64,000 bases of DNA from Basidiobolus meristosporus CBS 931.73 (GCA_002104905.1 MCFE01000015.1:187257-251256), one strand, 5' to 3'. Shown: positions 51,044 through 63,500, counted from the stretch's first letter. The notes: generated from the sequence alone by a model not told the origin. A program made the numbers and translations.

Positions 51044-51889
51044 ATGGTCAAAACTATCTACATCGTTCGTGTATGTATCTCTTTACTTCCCAGTGGGCAG
51101 CCCTATGTTTCTAACTGATCCTTCTATAGCACGGCTTCAGGGCTGATTGGGTCGACGAGCCCTTTGTTTATCACACTGGCCTTAACTACGATCCACCTCT
51201 GGCCAAGAAGGGCGTCCAACAAGTTGAGGAATTGGTCAGCTATCTGGTGAAAAACAACGTCAAGATTGATAAACTATTCTCCTCCCCTTTCTACCGCACC
51301 ATGGAGACGGCAAGCATCATAGCCCAACATCCCGAAGTGAATTTGCCTATTCTCGCTGAACATGGTCTCAGGTAAGGGCATATATTCTTGAGCAGGTTAA
51401 GCCTTCTGTTTGCGAAAGAACACTCGGTTGGGGGAATGCTCTTGCGATGTACCTCCTTTCCGACCCTCATACGTATTTCGATTTTCTAGTGAGTGGTATG
51501 GACGGGGAAGAGACTTCTTGCCTCAACCTGCCACACTGGAGGTTTTGCACACCTTCTTCCCCCGGCTTGACGTGAGCTATTCAGCTATTACACGACCTAC
51601 AAAGGCCCGGGAAACCATCGAGGAGTGCCATGATCGTCTGGAGTACACCCTTGACAGTCTCATCGCGAGTAACTCCGACATTGACACAATAGTGCTGGTC
51701 TGCCATGGAGCGTCCACTATCGCGGCAGCCAGGGCGGTTCTGAAGGATCGAGAGGCGGAGATCAAGGTCGCGGCTTGCAGTCTAACAAAATTAACCTTAC
51801 AACCGGACAACACGTGGAGAATGGACATGAACGGGAATACCGAGTACCTGTCCACTGGTGAAGAGAAGGTCTGGGATTTTGATATGTGA
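51044..51889 (+). CDS. Histidine phosphatase (PGM-like), Tfc7/tau55-HPD/YNL108C type, 3 exons
   Basis: MVKTIYIVR|HGFRADW..DPPLAKKGVQQVEEL..FSSPFYRTMET..EHGL|SEWY..VLVCHGAS..MNGNTEYLSTGEEKVWDF closely follows the yeast Tfc7 N-terminal domain (from memory). Confidence 0.85.
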
Positions 51890-52204
51890 AATAGAGCTGG
51901 AGTACAAGTGTAACCTTGACACCAACATTTGAATTGTACAGTAGTTATCCCTTAACTTCTAGACATCTCTTCTTTGAACTGTATTCTCGATAATTCTCAA
52001 GCATTCTTGATAATATTTCATCCATTTTCATCAATACTAGCCATCATTACTGGCCTGCCTTTAGGATCCTACACATCTGTTGTTGCGAGATGGGTATCGG
52101 CCTCCCCCGCACTACCAATACCCGTCAGCAGTATACTTTATGTCAGATATGTTTATTCATGATTTATTGGTGTTTGTGTCTTCAGGCCATGCGATAAGCG
52201 TAGT

Positions 52205-52886
52205 TTACGAGTTTCGTTTGAGCTCGGACCAGCTAGTTTCCTTGGCCAGCGCTTGCATTTTTTCAATAAACTCCGTGCGAAGACATTCGTTGGTGTTAAC
52301 CCTTGACAGGACTTGGTTCTCGTGGGTGGTGAACACCTCCTGCCGTGTCTTGTCCTTGTACACCCGGAGCTTCATGTTCAATAGGCCACACTCCACGTCG
52401 GTCAACGGTGGGGATACAATGTAGAACCTACGCTTTTCACTGCGAAAAGCGTGACTGGTCAGCTTCACCGAAAACACCATACTACCAAACACCTCTACTT
52501 ACAAAGTTTCCCCTTGCTTGTTTCGCAGCTCTATGGCTGGAATCTTGTACGGAGCATCCTTGTCTACGGGATTCTCCAGTTCGGCTTCTATGTAAGAGCC
52601 GGGGGGTAGATCTTTGTTGAGCTGTAATAGCCAGGAATAACTACAGGTTTGAACAGAAGCGTTTAGTAAGAAAAGAGTAATCGCTATGCTGGCTCTCCTT
52701 CGCCACCCTGCCTCACCCCAAGCGAACCTCCTGGGAGCATCAACTTCGTACTTACTGGGCTGAGAGTCTCTCCTCTTTTGTATTCACAGCAAAGCTGGCG
52801 GCCAGGTCCTGGAAGTATTTGCTCTTTTTGAAGGTGGGCTCTTTGGTCCCAGCAGGTAACAGACAGCCGCAACTAAAATTGCTCAT
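52205..52886 (-). CDS. Hypothetical protein, about 170 aa, at least 3 exons
   Basis: Spliced product MSNFSCGCLLPAGTKEPTFKKSKYFQDLAASFAVNTKEERLSA|HYSWLLQLNKDLPPGSYIEAELENPVDKDAPYKIPAIELRNKQGET|FHAFRSEKRRFYIVSPPLTDVECGLLNMKLRVYKDKTRQEVFTTHENQVLSRV...; the 3' end is uncertain. Confidence 0.65.
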
Positions 52887-53108
52887 GGTGTTGGAAGAGC
52901 GCCGGCTGACAGAAATTTCCAATTTATCCCGCGACAAAATCAATTGGTTCTCAATGGGATGGGATGGGCTCAGTGAGTGGGATCAATCTTTTTAATATAA
53001 AAATCTATAGAATTTCGAAGTTATATACTATCCTAAGCACTTATTAGTTCTACACTGGTCGATGGCGGTGGTGATGGTATGAAGAAAAATGATGGATGAC
53101 AAGGGAGT

Positions 53109-54635
53109 TTAGGTGGTCTTCTTGTTAACATTCACGTAGCCGGTACCCATACACGCCATCAAGATGGTCTTGTTCTCCGGATCAGGTCTGATCTTGAATG
53201 TGACGCCGAAGAAGGACTTCAAATCTCTAAGATATTGGATCCTGCAAAGATGTTAGCACACTCTCCAACTCATTAATATCCAGCGGCACTTACGTGAAGG
53301 GAGAGATCTTGCCAATACGGATTTTGGACACATCCTCGGGACCAAGTACCATCATCAACAAGCCAACCCATTGGCATACCGAATCAAAGCATCCACCCTT
53401 GTTGACTTCTTCCAGAAGCATCTTGGCGCACTTTTTACCAATATCCTCAGGAGTTTCACCTGGATTGGCGGCAAGCTCTGCTGATAACAGTGCCCCAGTG
53501 GTAGATTCCGCAACCAGGGTTAGGGCGAACCCAGGTGATCTGCACAAATGAAAAGACGTCAGCATCGGTGGGTTGGTGCTTGCAAACGTCCATTGCTTAC
53601 TTTCCGGACTCAGCTCCCTTGAAGACGTCGGTATAGATGTAGATATCTGGGATGTACCGGTTGAGGACTGAACGTGCTGAATCGACCAAGCGGTTGGCAG
53701 TCTGTGGAGACACTCTAGTACAGTAACTACACAAATATTTGGGTCAAGGGATAAAGGCCGATTTGCTTTGCTCAATGTTGAAGAATAGAGGCCATTGAAA
53801 AGGATACGCAATACCACGGATACGCTTGATTCTGCCCTCATCGATGAATTGAAGTGGTTTAAGGGCTCGAATGATTGGGCATTTGAAGACGACTTCACCG
53901 CCGCCAAGTGGTGGAGCACCACGTTTGTTGATCTAAGGTGGTGCTTGAGTGCCATTGAACACTGAAAATCTGGAGGGAAACCGAATTGTACCTTAAGCTC
54001 CAGTCCATCCTCAAAGCCAAACCTCTTAAGCTGCATGAGGGTAACAGTTCTGATGGTATCCACCTGGTCGAGATTGAATCAATAAATCGCTCCTGGCCCT
54101 GTCCATGCTCAAATATGACTTACCGAAATATCAAGGTTGTTTGTGGTGATTCCTGTGAGCAAGGCATTCATGGGGAGCTTTCCAAAGGGTGCCAAAGCAA
54201 TCAAAGCCTCCAAAAAGTAGCCTACACCTCGGGCAGTACCACAGTCATGTTGGATTTTACCACCAACAATGATTCCTGGCTTGTAGAATACAGCAGTACC
54301 TATTTACGACACGGCGACAGAGCCGAAAATGCTTAGAGCGTGGTCGTCGTGAAGGGTAAATGCAGTGAGAGGCTACCTGTATAGTTGATTTCCAAATGTG
54401 AACCGTTTGTTACTTTCTCCAAAAGGCGAAGGAAGTTTGCCTCGTAATCTGAAGGAACACTTAGTAAGGTCGAGAGGAGAAATCCATCAAAGGGGGTATA
54501 TGTACCTTTCAGACCGGGATTGTCGTCTTCCGATCTGATCTTCTCAATTCGAACCGGACGACCACTCAAAGTGGCCATGACCAATCTTTGGCGAAAGTAG
54601 TTGTGGCCCTCGAACTTGATAATGGTTTTGCTCAT
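53109..54635 (-). CDS. RCL1: RNA 3'-terminal phosphate cyclase-like protein Rcl1
   Basis: FEGHNYFRQRLVMATLSGRPVRIEKIR; YEANFLRLLEKVTNGS; INKRGAPPLGGGEV; IKRIRGIA|YCTRVSPQTANR; SPGFALTLVAESTTG; ETPEDIG; ends GTGYVNVNKKTT*. Confidence 0.95.
53727..53807 (-). other. U12-type (minor spliceosome) GT-AG intron in RCL1
   Basis: Donor GTATCCTTTT; branch TCCCTTGAC with the A 17 nt from the TAG; removal restores IRGIA|YCTRVSP. Confidence 0.8.
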
Positions 54636-55733
54636 TTTCGTTTTCTTGTCTGTTGGGGCAGCTTACGGATCGAGAAAAGCCAGTGTCGCCTAAACACTAT
54701 GAACACCACGCAGGAAGCACGTTTCGCTGAGTAAATCACCAGTATAAACTTAGTCATGATCATAGAGTGGATTTTTTTTCTTGGTTTTTTTTCTTTTTTC
54801 CAGATGAATGGCTACGAGGTTAATCGAGTTGAAATTAAGTAGAAACTAAACAGAATTCAAATTGGATTAGTATATGCATCCAAGTAATCTGAAACTTGAG
54901 CAACTTTAGTAGCTCAGGTGATACCTGATCATGAACCAAACACACTCCCGGTTTTTGAAACAACCCGCTTTCCGATCGGAGACGTAGTACAACAAAGGTT
55001 CTAGAGCTTAGGGACGTCAGCGAAAGGTTTGGAGATGGAAGGATAGAACCATACCGTCGTTACCGTCGCATGGGCTTACTGTTTCTGGTGGAAAATCACC
55101 TCAACGTATCAGAATCTAATTTGCATCAGCTTAAATTTGTTGATATCTGAGATAGAGAGGGCAACCTTTTAGGAATGTTCGATTACCTTAAGTAGGCTTC
55201 AATATAGTCATATGAAGAAGATCGAAAAGGTACTCTGCATCCTGGGGGTGTTGTCCTTCCATAAGCGTTGTTGGAGTTGGAGACTGGTCTAACGACGTAG
55301 CAATAGACAAGCGCTACCTACATCTTGACTCTGTCCACCAGCTCGCCGCGTTCAAAAGATAATGAGGGAATGGCGAGAAGACACCGCTACTCACGGTTAC
55401 CCTCCTCCCATGTATACTTGCTCCAATCAGACTCCCGTAAACCTTATGCCAACGACTAACCATTAACGCTGGTGTTGATTGAGCGGGCGTTTTCCATCTT
55501 CGGATCAGCCAAATCATTGCTCAAATAAACCACAGAAGTTTCTTTATTTGGAATAGCCAGTAATAGGCACTTGTGATTCTGCCATCAGTATAAATGCTTG
55601 GTAATCGGACTCAGCCCGAAAATTCTTCCGACAACTTTCTTGGATTAACGTGCACACCCCCTTCCCTTGTCCTTTCTTCCCCATCACCGAGGCCGCACAT
55701 TTGTATCAAAATAGCTCTTTAATACGTAGATAG

Positions 55734-56615
55734 ATGATCAGTGAAATACCCTTGGCGTCGCAGAATCCAGTCTTGCATCATGATATTGGCCTAGTGATTG
55801 CTTCTATGTCGATTCCGGTTGCTATTAGCACCACATACTACAGCATCATTACAGTTATACACAACAAACACCCGATATTCAAGTTGAACTTGCTTCCTGC
55901 AGTACTCCTGTTGGTGAATTCAATAGTTCAACTGTGCGGGTGCTTCGTCAATAGTTTCCCTTGTAGAGCTCGCTACTTGGTTTTCGCAATCACCTTCGCC
56001 ATCAGCGTGATATCAATGGACACCATACTCTATCTCAAGGCAAAGTCGGTCAACAAAAGACCAAAGCTCCTCACCTCAATCTACATCATTCTTCGACTGG
56101 CGTATTTGGCGATTTGGATCAAACTGATCGTGGATGTGAAGATCTTTCGTATGGGCAAAACAGTCAACATATGCACCAGCCTAGCAAAGTCATACGAAAT
56201 GCTTATCCTGATCGTAATTGAGACGATGATCATCATGTACCTGACGATTCTGTTCTTGAACATCATCTATGTGCAGTACAAAGAGTCACCCAGGGCGATC
56301 TATTCCTTTCTCATAAAGGATGGTCTAATCTTCTCGTTGTCCATTTGCCTATTCTATTTCTTCATCACAATCCTGAAGTTCACCAATGTGATGGGCCACA
56401 AGGATCTGTTCAGCATTGGATGTAAGTAGCTTTTATTCGGTACACCAACTGCCTCATCAGAATACTAACTTGTCGTTACAGGGGTTGTGTCTTGCAAGTT
56501 AATGACCGAGCAAATTTGGAGATCTCACCTATGGCGTTCGGAGGGTAGGAAGTCCAGTGAAACTACCCAAATGAATGACCTCAACGTGGATCTTGCCGCA
56601 ATAGAGATCAAGTGA
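55734..56615 (+). CDS. Orphan multi-pass (about 7 TM) membrane protein, GPCR-like topology
   Basis: About seven hydrophobic segments; Cys at FPC and ICT; intron GTAAGT..ACTAAC..ACAG joins DLFSIG|WVVSCKLMTEQIWRSH...AIEIK*. Confidence 0.7.
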
Positions 56616-59370
56616 ATGTTTCATACCACCGCTCATACAATCATTCTCACAACCATCGTTAATACCACCTCATCGCCCACATGTACAAACTACAGCAAGC
56701 ATTATGTAAATACTCACTATTAATAAATCAGGCAGCCAAGCCTTGAAACAGCAATTTACATAATACAAATTTAAGCTTTACTGTTCTCGGTATGCTAATT
56801 AGCCGACATTTATCCACTAGCTGATCATTGAAATGTGTTAGGAAATAAGGCTACCCAGTCAAGGATAGAATTTCTAAATATTCCTTCTAGATGCAAAGAG
56901 TCCTGGAGCTGGATAAGGTCTCGGATGATTTTGGAATCGGTACATGAGATCACCTGAGGATACTCCATAACTGATTGGGTGCCTGAGTGCTTAATTTTCC
57001 ACCCATGGTGGTTGGACAACAAGATAGCCTACAAATATGTACTAGATTCTAGAGTCCAGGATGCTGCTAGATATAGAAGGCCAAGGTAGCGGTCAAAGTG
57101 GGTGCTAATCGAGAATAGATATATTGTGGGTGATGATGGTGGGGTTGGCCTAAATATGAGCATTTCTTTGATGCACTAGTTGCTGATTTTACTGTTTGAT
57201 CGAATTCCTTTCCCATTAATGTTCCCCATAAGCATTAGAAGGCAGCGGCCATATGGTGTATTATTTAGGGCAGGGTGATGTAATACGATCGAAGTCGAAA
57301 TCATTCCTGGAATAGTCACTCCTGTTCAACCCATTCCTTCATTCAGGTTCCGGTATGTTGAGAATGGAAGGGATTTGTTGACATGGTCAGTTAATGTGTT
57401 TAATCCTCCTACGAGATTACGTGCAAATTTGTTTAAATTATGTGCCTAATACTCTGTATTTAGCAAGTGTTCTATCTATGATGTGGGCTCCCTCTGTGAC
57501 GTCATACTGATCGATGGCAGCTCTGCCCTTACAAAGCCTGATTGGCCATTCCCGCTGATATCCCATATTCCTTGCCCATTTGACAGTGCAAAAAAAGAAA
57601 GATAAATGCCACATTTGGTAAGACGTACTGAGGATACTAATCTCTGTTGAAATTTGGTCGTGTAATTCCTGGTGGATTGGTTATGCTGAGGTAATCTTGA
57701 TAAGATTAGAAATGGAGTGGAAGGCATTAACAGTTATGAGGAGTTATTAGTCCTGATATCGATACTCCATTATTGATGGGTTTCTATCCTTCCCATTATT
57801 GCCAACCATACCTCCTTTGTATGAGTAGATAATCCATATATATGCTAGTCTTTTGCATACGGAGAAAATAGTTAGACACAATTCACGGTATCGTTCATGC
57901 TTAGGAGTGGTCGGCATTTGGATGCTTCAAATGCCACAATCATGATATGAGGTGCACCAAGTTACGGGCGCATATTACCCGGAAAGAAGTGAATGTACCT
58001 TAGACGAGTTGCCTATTTCATCTTTGGTGGCCCATTGTACACAATTTTTCATCGTGTGTCTGCTTATTCTTGACGCTTCAACATAGCCCACGTGACAGGA
58101 TGATGGTTTCACACAGCGTTTACAAATTCTGAGAATTGGTAATTTGTCGCTTGGTTTCCAGAAAAGTAAGGTAAAGAGACCTGCTCAAATGAGCATTAAT
58201 CGACGCGTTATCAGATTCTAGTTGGTGTTATCTTTACATATTTAACCCTTGAGATAATGGGTTAGTGACAGGGAGCTCACCAGATTGAACATATCTGCTA
58301 GGTATATTACCTCGGTTGTGAGTCAACACTGAGGTGTGAAAATTTCCAAATTACATGAACATCAATTAGCCATAAACACTCGCTTGACGCATTTTTTGTG
58401 GCTGTTTCAATTCTTTCTTGGTATGGCCGCAGTGGGTACCGATGTTACCATCCAACTAACGACAGCTCGATTTATTTACCAAGGACTAAGGTAGGAGTTC
58501 TTCAGGAGTAATGTTACCGGGGGTCTTCCTGTTCACCTTTCAAAAGTCCATGGTATAGGTGTTGTCACTCACTGAAACGCGCTGGTAACGGGGGCCTCTA
58601 AGTTTTGCCCAGTTTGCCCATTGACTCGAATGAGTGTGCTGGACCCGCAGCAATTGAATTTGTAATCCTTGACGATGGCTCCACTGGAGAAAGTGATCAG
58701 TGCGCAACCTTGCTTGTGAATGCGAGGCCAAGGTAGCAGCTGAAGCAAGTGAAGTGAAGGAAAAGATATTGTACTTTACAATGTTGTTTCGTTGGATTGT
58801 TAAGTGCGTTCATTACGCTTATATAGAGGTCACCGGATTGAATGTCCTGTTTATGCTAATTTCTTGAGGATAGTCGTTTTACGCAATATACTGAAAGAAT
58901 AAGACATACAACTGTTAGAATTTGGTAAGGAAAGGAGGGAAACGGAAATGATTCACAGCTTGCTAGGAGCATCGACACACAGTCAGGGTGTGTGCTATAT
59001 ATCATGGGGAACTTGTGAATTCTTAATCGATATTGCACCCGCTTGATTGTTAGAGTTAGTAAGTAGTGAATCATGTGTTGCAGCGTCTGATAGAGTTTGT
59101 GTGGCTAACATAACTGCAATACAATACCACTACTGTAGTAATTTTTGTATTTGCGCCTAAATGTTTACATCGACTTGGTCTAGGACCTTTACTATTCCCT
59201 AATCACTTGGAAAATATTTAATGGTCACTACTAGAATGCCATATAAAATCAGCATAAATCCAAGATTAAATAAAATGGTATATCAAAAATGGGGGTTACG
59301 GCACATATTAAAACATTCAACTATTATTTTTAGATATTTTATATTTTGTATTTACCCATAGAAATTATGA

Positions 59371-60069
59371 GGGGAGGGAAAGTCACAATTGCAGTGAAAT
59401 CTTTATTCTGCTAAGTAGTTGCAAAAAATCACTAAAGTTTAAAAATTAAGAAGCCAACTAAGAGTATTTAAATCTCTTAAGTAAATAATCAAACTTAACG
59501 TTAGTTTCTTGGGTAATAATTAGGGGAAGGATAGTCACAAAGGTAAGTGAAACATTTATTTGAATTCAGATAAGTCTAACTACAAATAAAGAAGCCAGCT
59601 GGGAATTAAAAGTTCCAATTGTAAAGACTAAGTTGAATATAAATAAATCTAATCTAAAGTTAAGGCAGTATCCCAAAATACACTGGGATTCAGGTTCATG
59701 GGAGAGAAGTAGATGAGCCTGAGAGATGTAATAATATTCTAGGTAATGTAAAAACTTGTAATTGCACCTAAATATTTACCTAACTTGGTCACTTAAATCA
59801 TTACTTGCAAATACTAGAAAATTCTGAGTATAATCTTTGTTGAGATTTATTTAGAATATCTTTACCAAGACATTAGGTAATGTTGTGCATCAACATTTAA
59901 ACTTGGCCAATTTCACTCCGTCAGAAAATCTAGTACCCTAACTGATTTTCCCTCACCCAAACATAACTAATCCCTGTTATGGTTTATTTTATCACTTCTC
60001 AGAATCTATTTTTAGCTGTCACCCCTGATCAATTTTCAAGTGGCCCTTATGTCCTCAACTGATCTGCTA
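59371..60069 (-). mobile_element. Short non-coding derivatives of the LINE-like family (units D 59523-60069 and E 59371-59522)
   Basis: 59523-59743 is homologous to 60070-60290 (3' part of the ORF1-like unit); 59747-59880 is homologous to 63362-63495 (5' region of the RT unit); shared 3' terminus at 59371 and 59523. Confidence 0.65.
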
Positions 60070-60766
60070 GGGGAGGGAAAGTCGCCAAGGTAGGTGAAAT
60101 CATTATTTGATTTCAGACAAGTCTAACTACAAATAAAGAAGCTAGCAGGGAATACAAGATTCCCAGGGTAAACACTAAGTTGAATATGAATAAATCTAAG
60201 CTAAAGTTAAGGTGGTATCCCTGAGTACACTGGAGTTCAGATTCATGGGGGAATGAAGTAAATAAGCTTGAGAGATATAATAATCTTTCAGGAAGTGGGT
60301 AACAGCAGGTGAAGGGGAGTTTTTGATAAGTGAAGTTAATCTTGAGAGCAGAGATTCTTCTAATGAGAAGGTCTTGTAAACTGGAGAATCAGGAAACTCT
60401 TTAAAGGCATGGTCAGTGGGTTTCCAGAAAAACAGGTTAGAGACATTTTGAGAGAATTGTTTAGCAATACCTATGTCAAGTACTGCCTCCAGAGTGTGAT
60501 GGTTGATCAATTACATGTCAACAATCTTGGATAAATTGTAACCTTGTTGCTTGAGATACATCCTATGCTCAGATATGGGAATAAACTCCACATTGGCAAA
60601 GTAGCAGACAGCCCAGGCAGTAGCAGGAGGCAAATCAGAAGTGGCAGGAAACCTTCTTTTAGTCTTGGGAGGAGCAGCAGGATGTCTTGAGGAAGCAGGA
60701 ACAGACTTTTTGACAGTTTCAGAGTAGGAAGAGTGAGCAGGAGCAGATGATTCTTGGGGAGTCTTA
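60070..60766 (-). mobile_element. 5'-truncated unit with ORF1/gag-like coding frame (one in-frame stop)
   Basis: PQESSAPAHSSYSETVKK...WAVCYFANVEFIPISEHRMYLKQQGYNLSKIVDM*LINHHTLEAVL...TLTLA*. This resembles the YF...PIS..R..L...G..LSKI..I.F motif of LINE-associated ORF1 proteins in early-diverging fungi (from memory, unverified). Confidence 0.5.
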
Positions 60767-61484
60767 GGGGGAGACAGTCACCCACAGGTCAAATCTTTAT
60801 TTCAGTTGAAACAAAGAAGCCAGTGCTACTGTTGTAGCTTTGATACAAGAGTGTGTAGCTGAGGGGAATTTGCAGGTAGGTTAACAAGAAGTGATGATAG
60901 TTCTTCAGTGCACAAGACACTGTTCAGGGGGCAGGGGGGTAGCAAGAGGGGTAAGAATGATTTGTGAACAACATTAATGAGGGGAATATAATAAGGATTG
61001 ATATTCATCATAAAGGGAGTGTGCTGCTTCAGATATTGCTGCCAAAGGTCTGTCAAGTACTTCAGGTAGGCCAGCTTGGGTTTTTCTGACTGCAGAATAT
61101 AGTGAGCAAACTTCTTGACTTCAGGATCTCCAAGTATAGTTCTCCAGCAGGAGCCAGGTGTAGTGTGGTGTGTTCTCTTCCAGGTCTTAATCAGTGGGTT
61201 GATGCAGTGGTGAAGTCTGAGATATAATCTGGTTTTAAGGTAGAGTAGTCTGATCTTGTAGGGCATAAACCCAAAAGCACCAAGAATAGTATGTCCGTAG
61301 GGGCATTCAGGCAGACAAGGCACCAGGGATGTAATGCATCAGACTGCAAACCTGTCAAGTTTAGTGCAGTCTCTAGAAGTAAGAGAGAGAAGTGGTAAGC
61401 CAAATTCCAGGGCAGGGATGACAAACTACTTGAGTAGAAGGAGGCAGCTGGGAGCTGAAGTTGTAGGAGGAGTTACAGCCAGTA
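60767..61484 (-). mobile_element. 5'-truncated second copy (about 720 bp) of the RT unit 3' end
   Basis: Aligns to 61485-62204 at roughly 90% identity by eye; encodes PECPYGHTILGAFGFMPYKIRLLYL...VSKLQQ*. Confidence 0.9.
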
Positions 61485-63500
61485 GGGGGGAGACAGTCAC
61501 CAACAGGTGAAATCTTTATTTCAGTTGAAACAAAGAAGCCAGCACTACTGTTGTAGCTTTGATACAAGAGCGTGTAGCTGAGGGGAATTAGTAGGTACAT
61601 TAATAAGAAGTGATGATAGTTCTTCAGTGCTCAAGACACTGTTCAGTGGGAAGGGGGGTAGCAAGAGAGGTAAGAATGACTTGTGAACAACATTAATGAG
61701 GGGAATGTGATAAGGATTGATATTCATCATAAAGGGAGTGTGCTGCTTCAGATATTGCTGCCAAAGGTCTTTCAAGTACTTTAGGTAGGCCAGGTTGGGG
61801 TTGTCTGACTACAGAATATATTGAGCAAACTTCTTGACTTCAGGATCTCCAAGTGTAGTTCTCCAGCAGGAGCCAGGTGTAGTGTGGTGTGTTCTCTTCC
61901 ATGCCTTAATCAGTAGGTTGTTGCAGTGGTGAAGTCTGAGATATAATCTGATTCTAAGGTAGAGAAGTCTGATCTTATAGGGCATAAACCCAAAAGCACC
62001 AAGAATAGCATGTCTGTAGGGGCATTCAGGCAAATGAGGCACCAAGGAGGTAATGCACCATACTGCAAACTTGTCAAGCTTAGTGCAGTCTCTGGAAGTA
62101 AGAGAAAGAAGTGGTAAGCCAAATTCCAGGACAGGGGAGACAAACTGCTTGAGTAGAAGGAGGCAGCTGGAAGCTGAAGTTGTAGGAGGAGTAACAGCCA
62201 GTAGCTTATGGAGTGCCTGTCTTGCCAGGATAATTATCTTCTTCAGGTGTGCTCCAGAGTCTAGTCCAGCAGGAAGGAAAGGAAAGTCAAGATATGTAGC
62301 AGAAACCTGGGCAGGTAGAGTGGAGTTCTCCAAATTGATAGGGCAGCCCAAAGGTACTGTCTTTGCAATGGAAAGCTGGAGATTATTCTTCTGCAGATAC
62401 TGGTGGATGGTCTGGGAGTCTTGTTGCACATTGGAGGAGGAAATTCTGATGTCATCAGCAAAGAGGGTAACCAGGCAGTCAGCTGAGAGTCTTGGGAAAT
62501 CATTCAGAAAGATGGCAAACAGTATAGGACCAAGCACAGAGCCTTGAACCACTCCATTAGGAACTGAGAGCACAGCTGATTGCTCACTTGGGTGCAGAAT
62601 TCTTGCTTGTGGATCCAGAAACAGAGACCTGACAAGGAGGGTGAGAGAGGTACTGGAGAAGCATTGCAACTTGGACCAAAGTAGATTTCTGTCAACTGAA
62701 TCAAAGGCCTTAGTAATATCAAACAGAACAGAGGGATACTTGCACTGGAGAGAGTGATCTTGGCTAAGTATAACTGCATATTCCAAGGAGAGGCCAGCAA
62801 CAAAGCCAAACTGTGCAGGATGAAGCATGAGGGAGTTAGAGTAGAGCTCCTGAGCAAGCAGAAGCTCAAACACCTTTCTGCAGGTGGGCAGCAGAGATAT
62901 TGGCCTGTGGGAGCTAGGATCCAGGTGCTTTCCTTTACCCTTGTACAGTGGCAGAACATTGGCAAAGAACCATTCCTCAGGAGTAGAAAGCTGGGCTGAG
63001 CATTGCTGAAACAGTGGAAGCAGAAGTGCAGACATGGCCTTGGTACTAGTCTTCAGAAGCTCATAGGAGATTGTGTCCACACCTGGGGCAGTAGAGTTGG
63101 GAAGCCTCTTGAGCACATTATGGATTCTCTCTTGATCAAGTGAAAGTGGGATGGGCAGACTCTTGAAGTCAGGATGAAAGCCAGGAGTTGAGTACTGCTT
63201 TGTAGAGAAGAAGATGTTAGCCAGCTGCTCTGTTGAAGGTAACTTCCTGGAAGAGGGCCTCATTGTTCTGTAGAGTCTTGACACTGCTCTTGTTATAGAG
63301 TTGGAAGATTGCAGAGGCAAAGAACTCATAATATAGTCCCAGAGCTGAGTATGCAGAGTGTTGTAAAAATTTGTGTTTCCACCTAAATATTCACCTAACT
63401 TAGTCACTTGGATCATTACCTTCAAATCCTAGAGAATACTGACCAAACTCCTTGTCGGGATTTACTTAGAATATTTTCACCAAAATACCAGGTACCCAGA
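61485..63500 (-). mobile_element. Non-LTR (LINE-like) retroelement with RT and no endonuclease domain in view
   Basis: APGVDTISYELLK, HRPISLLPTCRKVFE, QFGFVAG, FDITKAFDSVDR, GVVQGSVLGPILFAIFLND, LFADDI. In-frame TAG at 61809-61811 (CAG in the adjacent copy), after which the frame continues to 61545. Confidence 0.9.

Noticed and set aside
12362-54635. PCC1, SEN2, Tfc7-like and RCL1 as a tRNA/rRNA-processing gene cluster
   Set aside because: Spread over 42 kb among unrelated genes; ordinary housekeeping density explains it.
56800-59100. Stop-riddled coding-like frames (e.g. ...EGAHIIDRTL..., ...KDYKFNCCGSSTLIRVNG...)
   Set aside because: May be old pseudogene or TE debris, but no family assignment is supportable without a search.
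59942-59958. Inverted copy of the array terminus, suggesting a TIR DNA transposon or MITE
   Set aside because: Only a short partial match, no matching TSD, and the other five termini are all co-oriented with the RT.
59371-61545. Repeat-spacer pattern read as a CRISPR-like array
   Set aside because: Eukaryotic context, spacers are 150-720 bp of retroelement sequence, and repeats are degenerate element ends.
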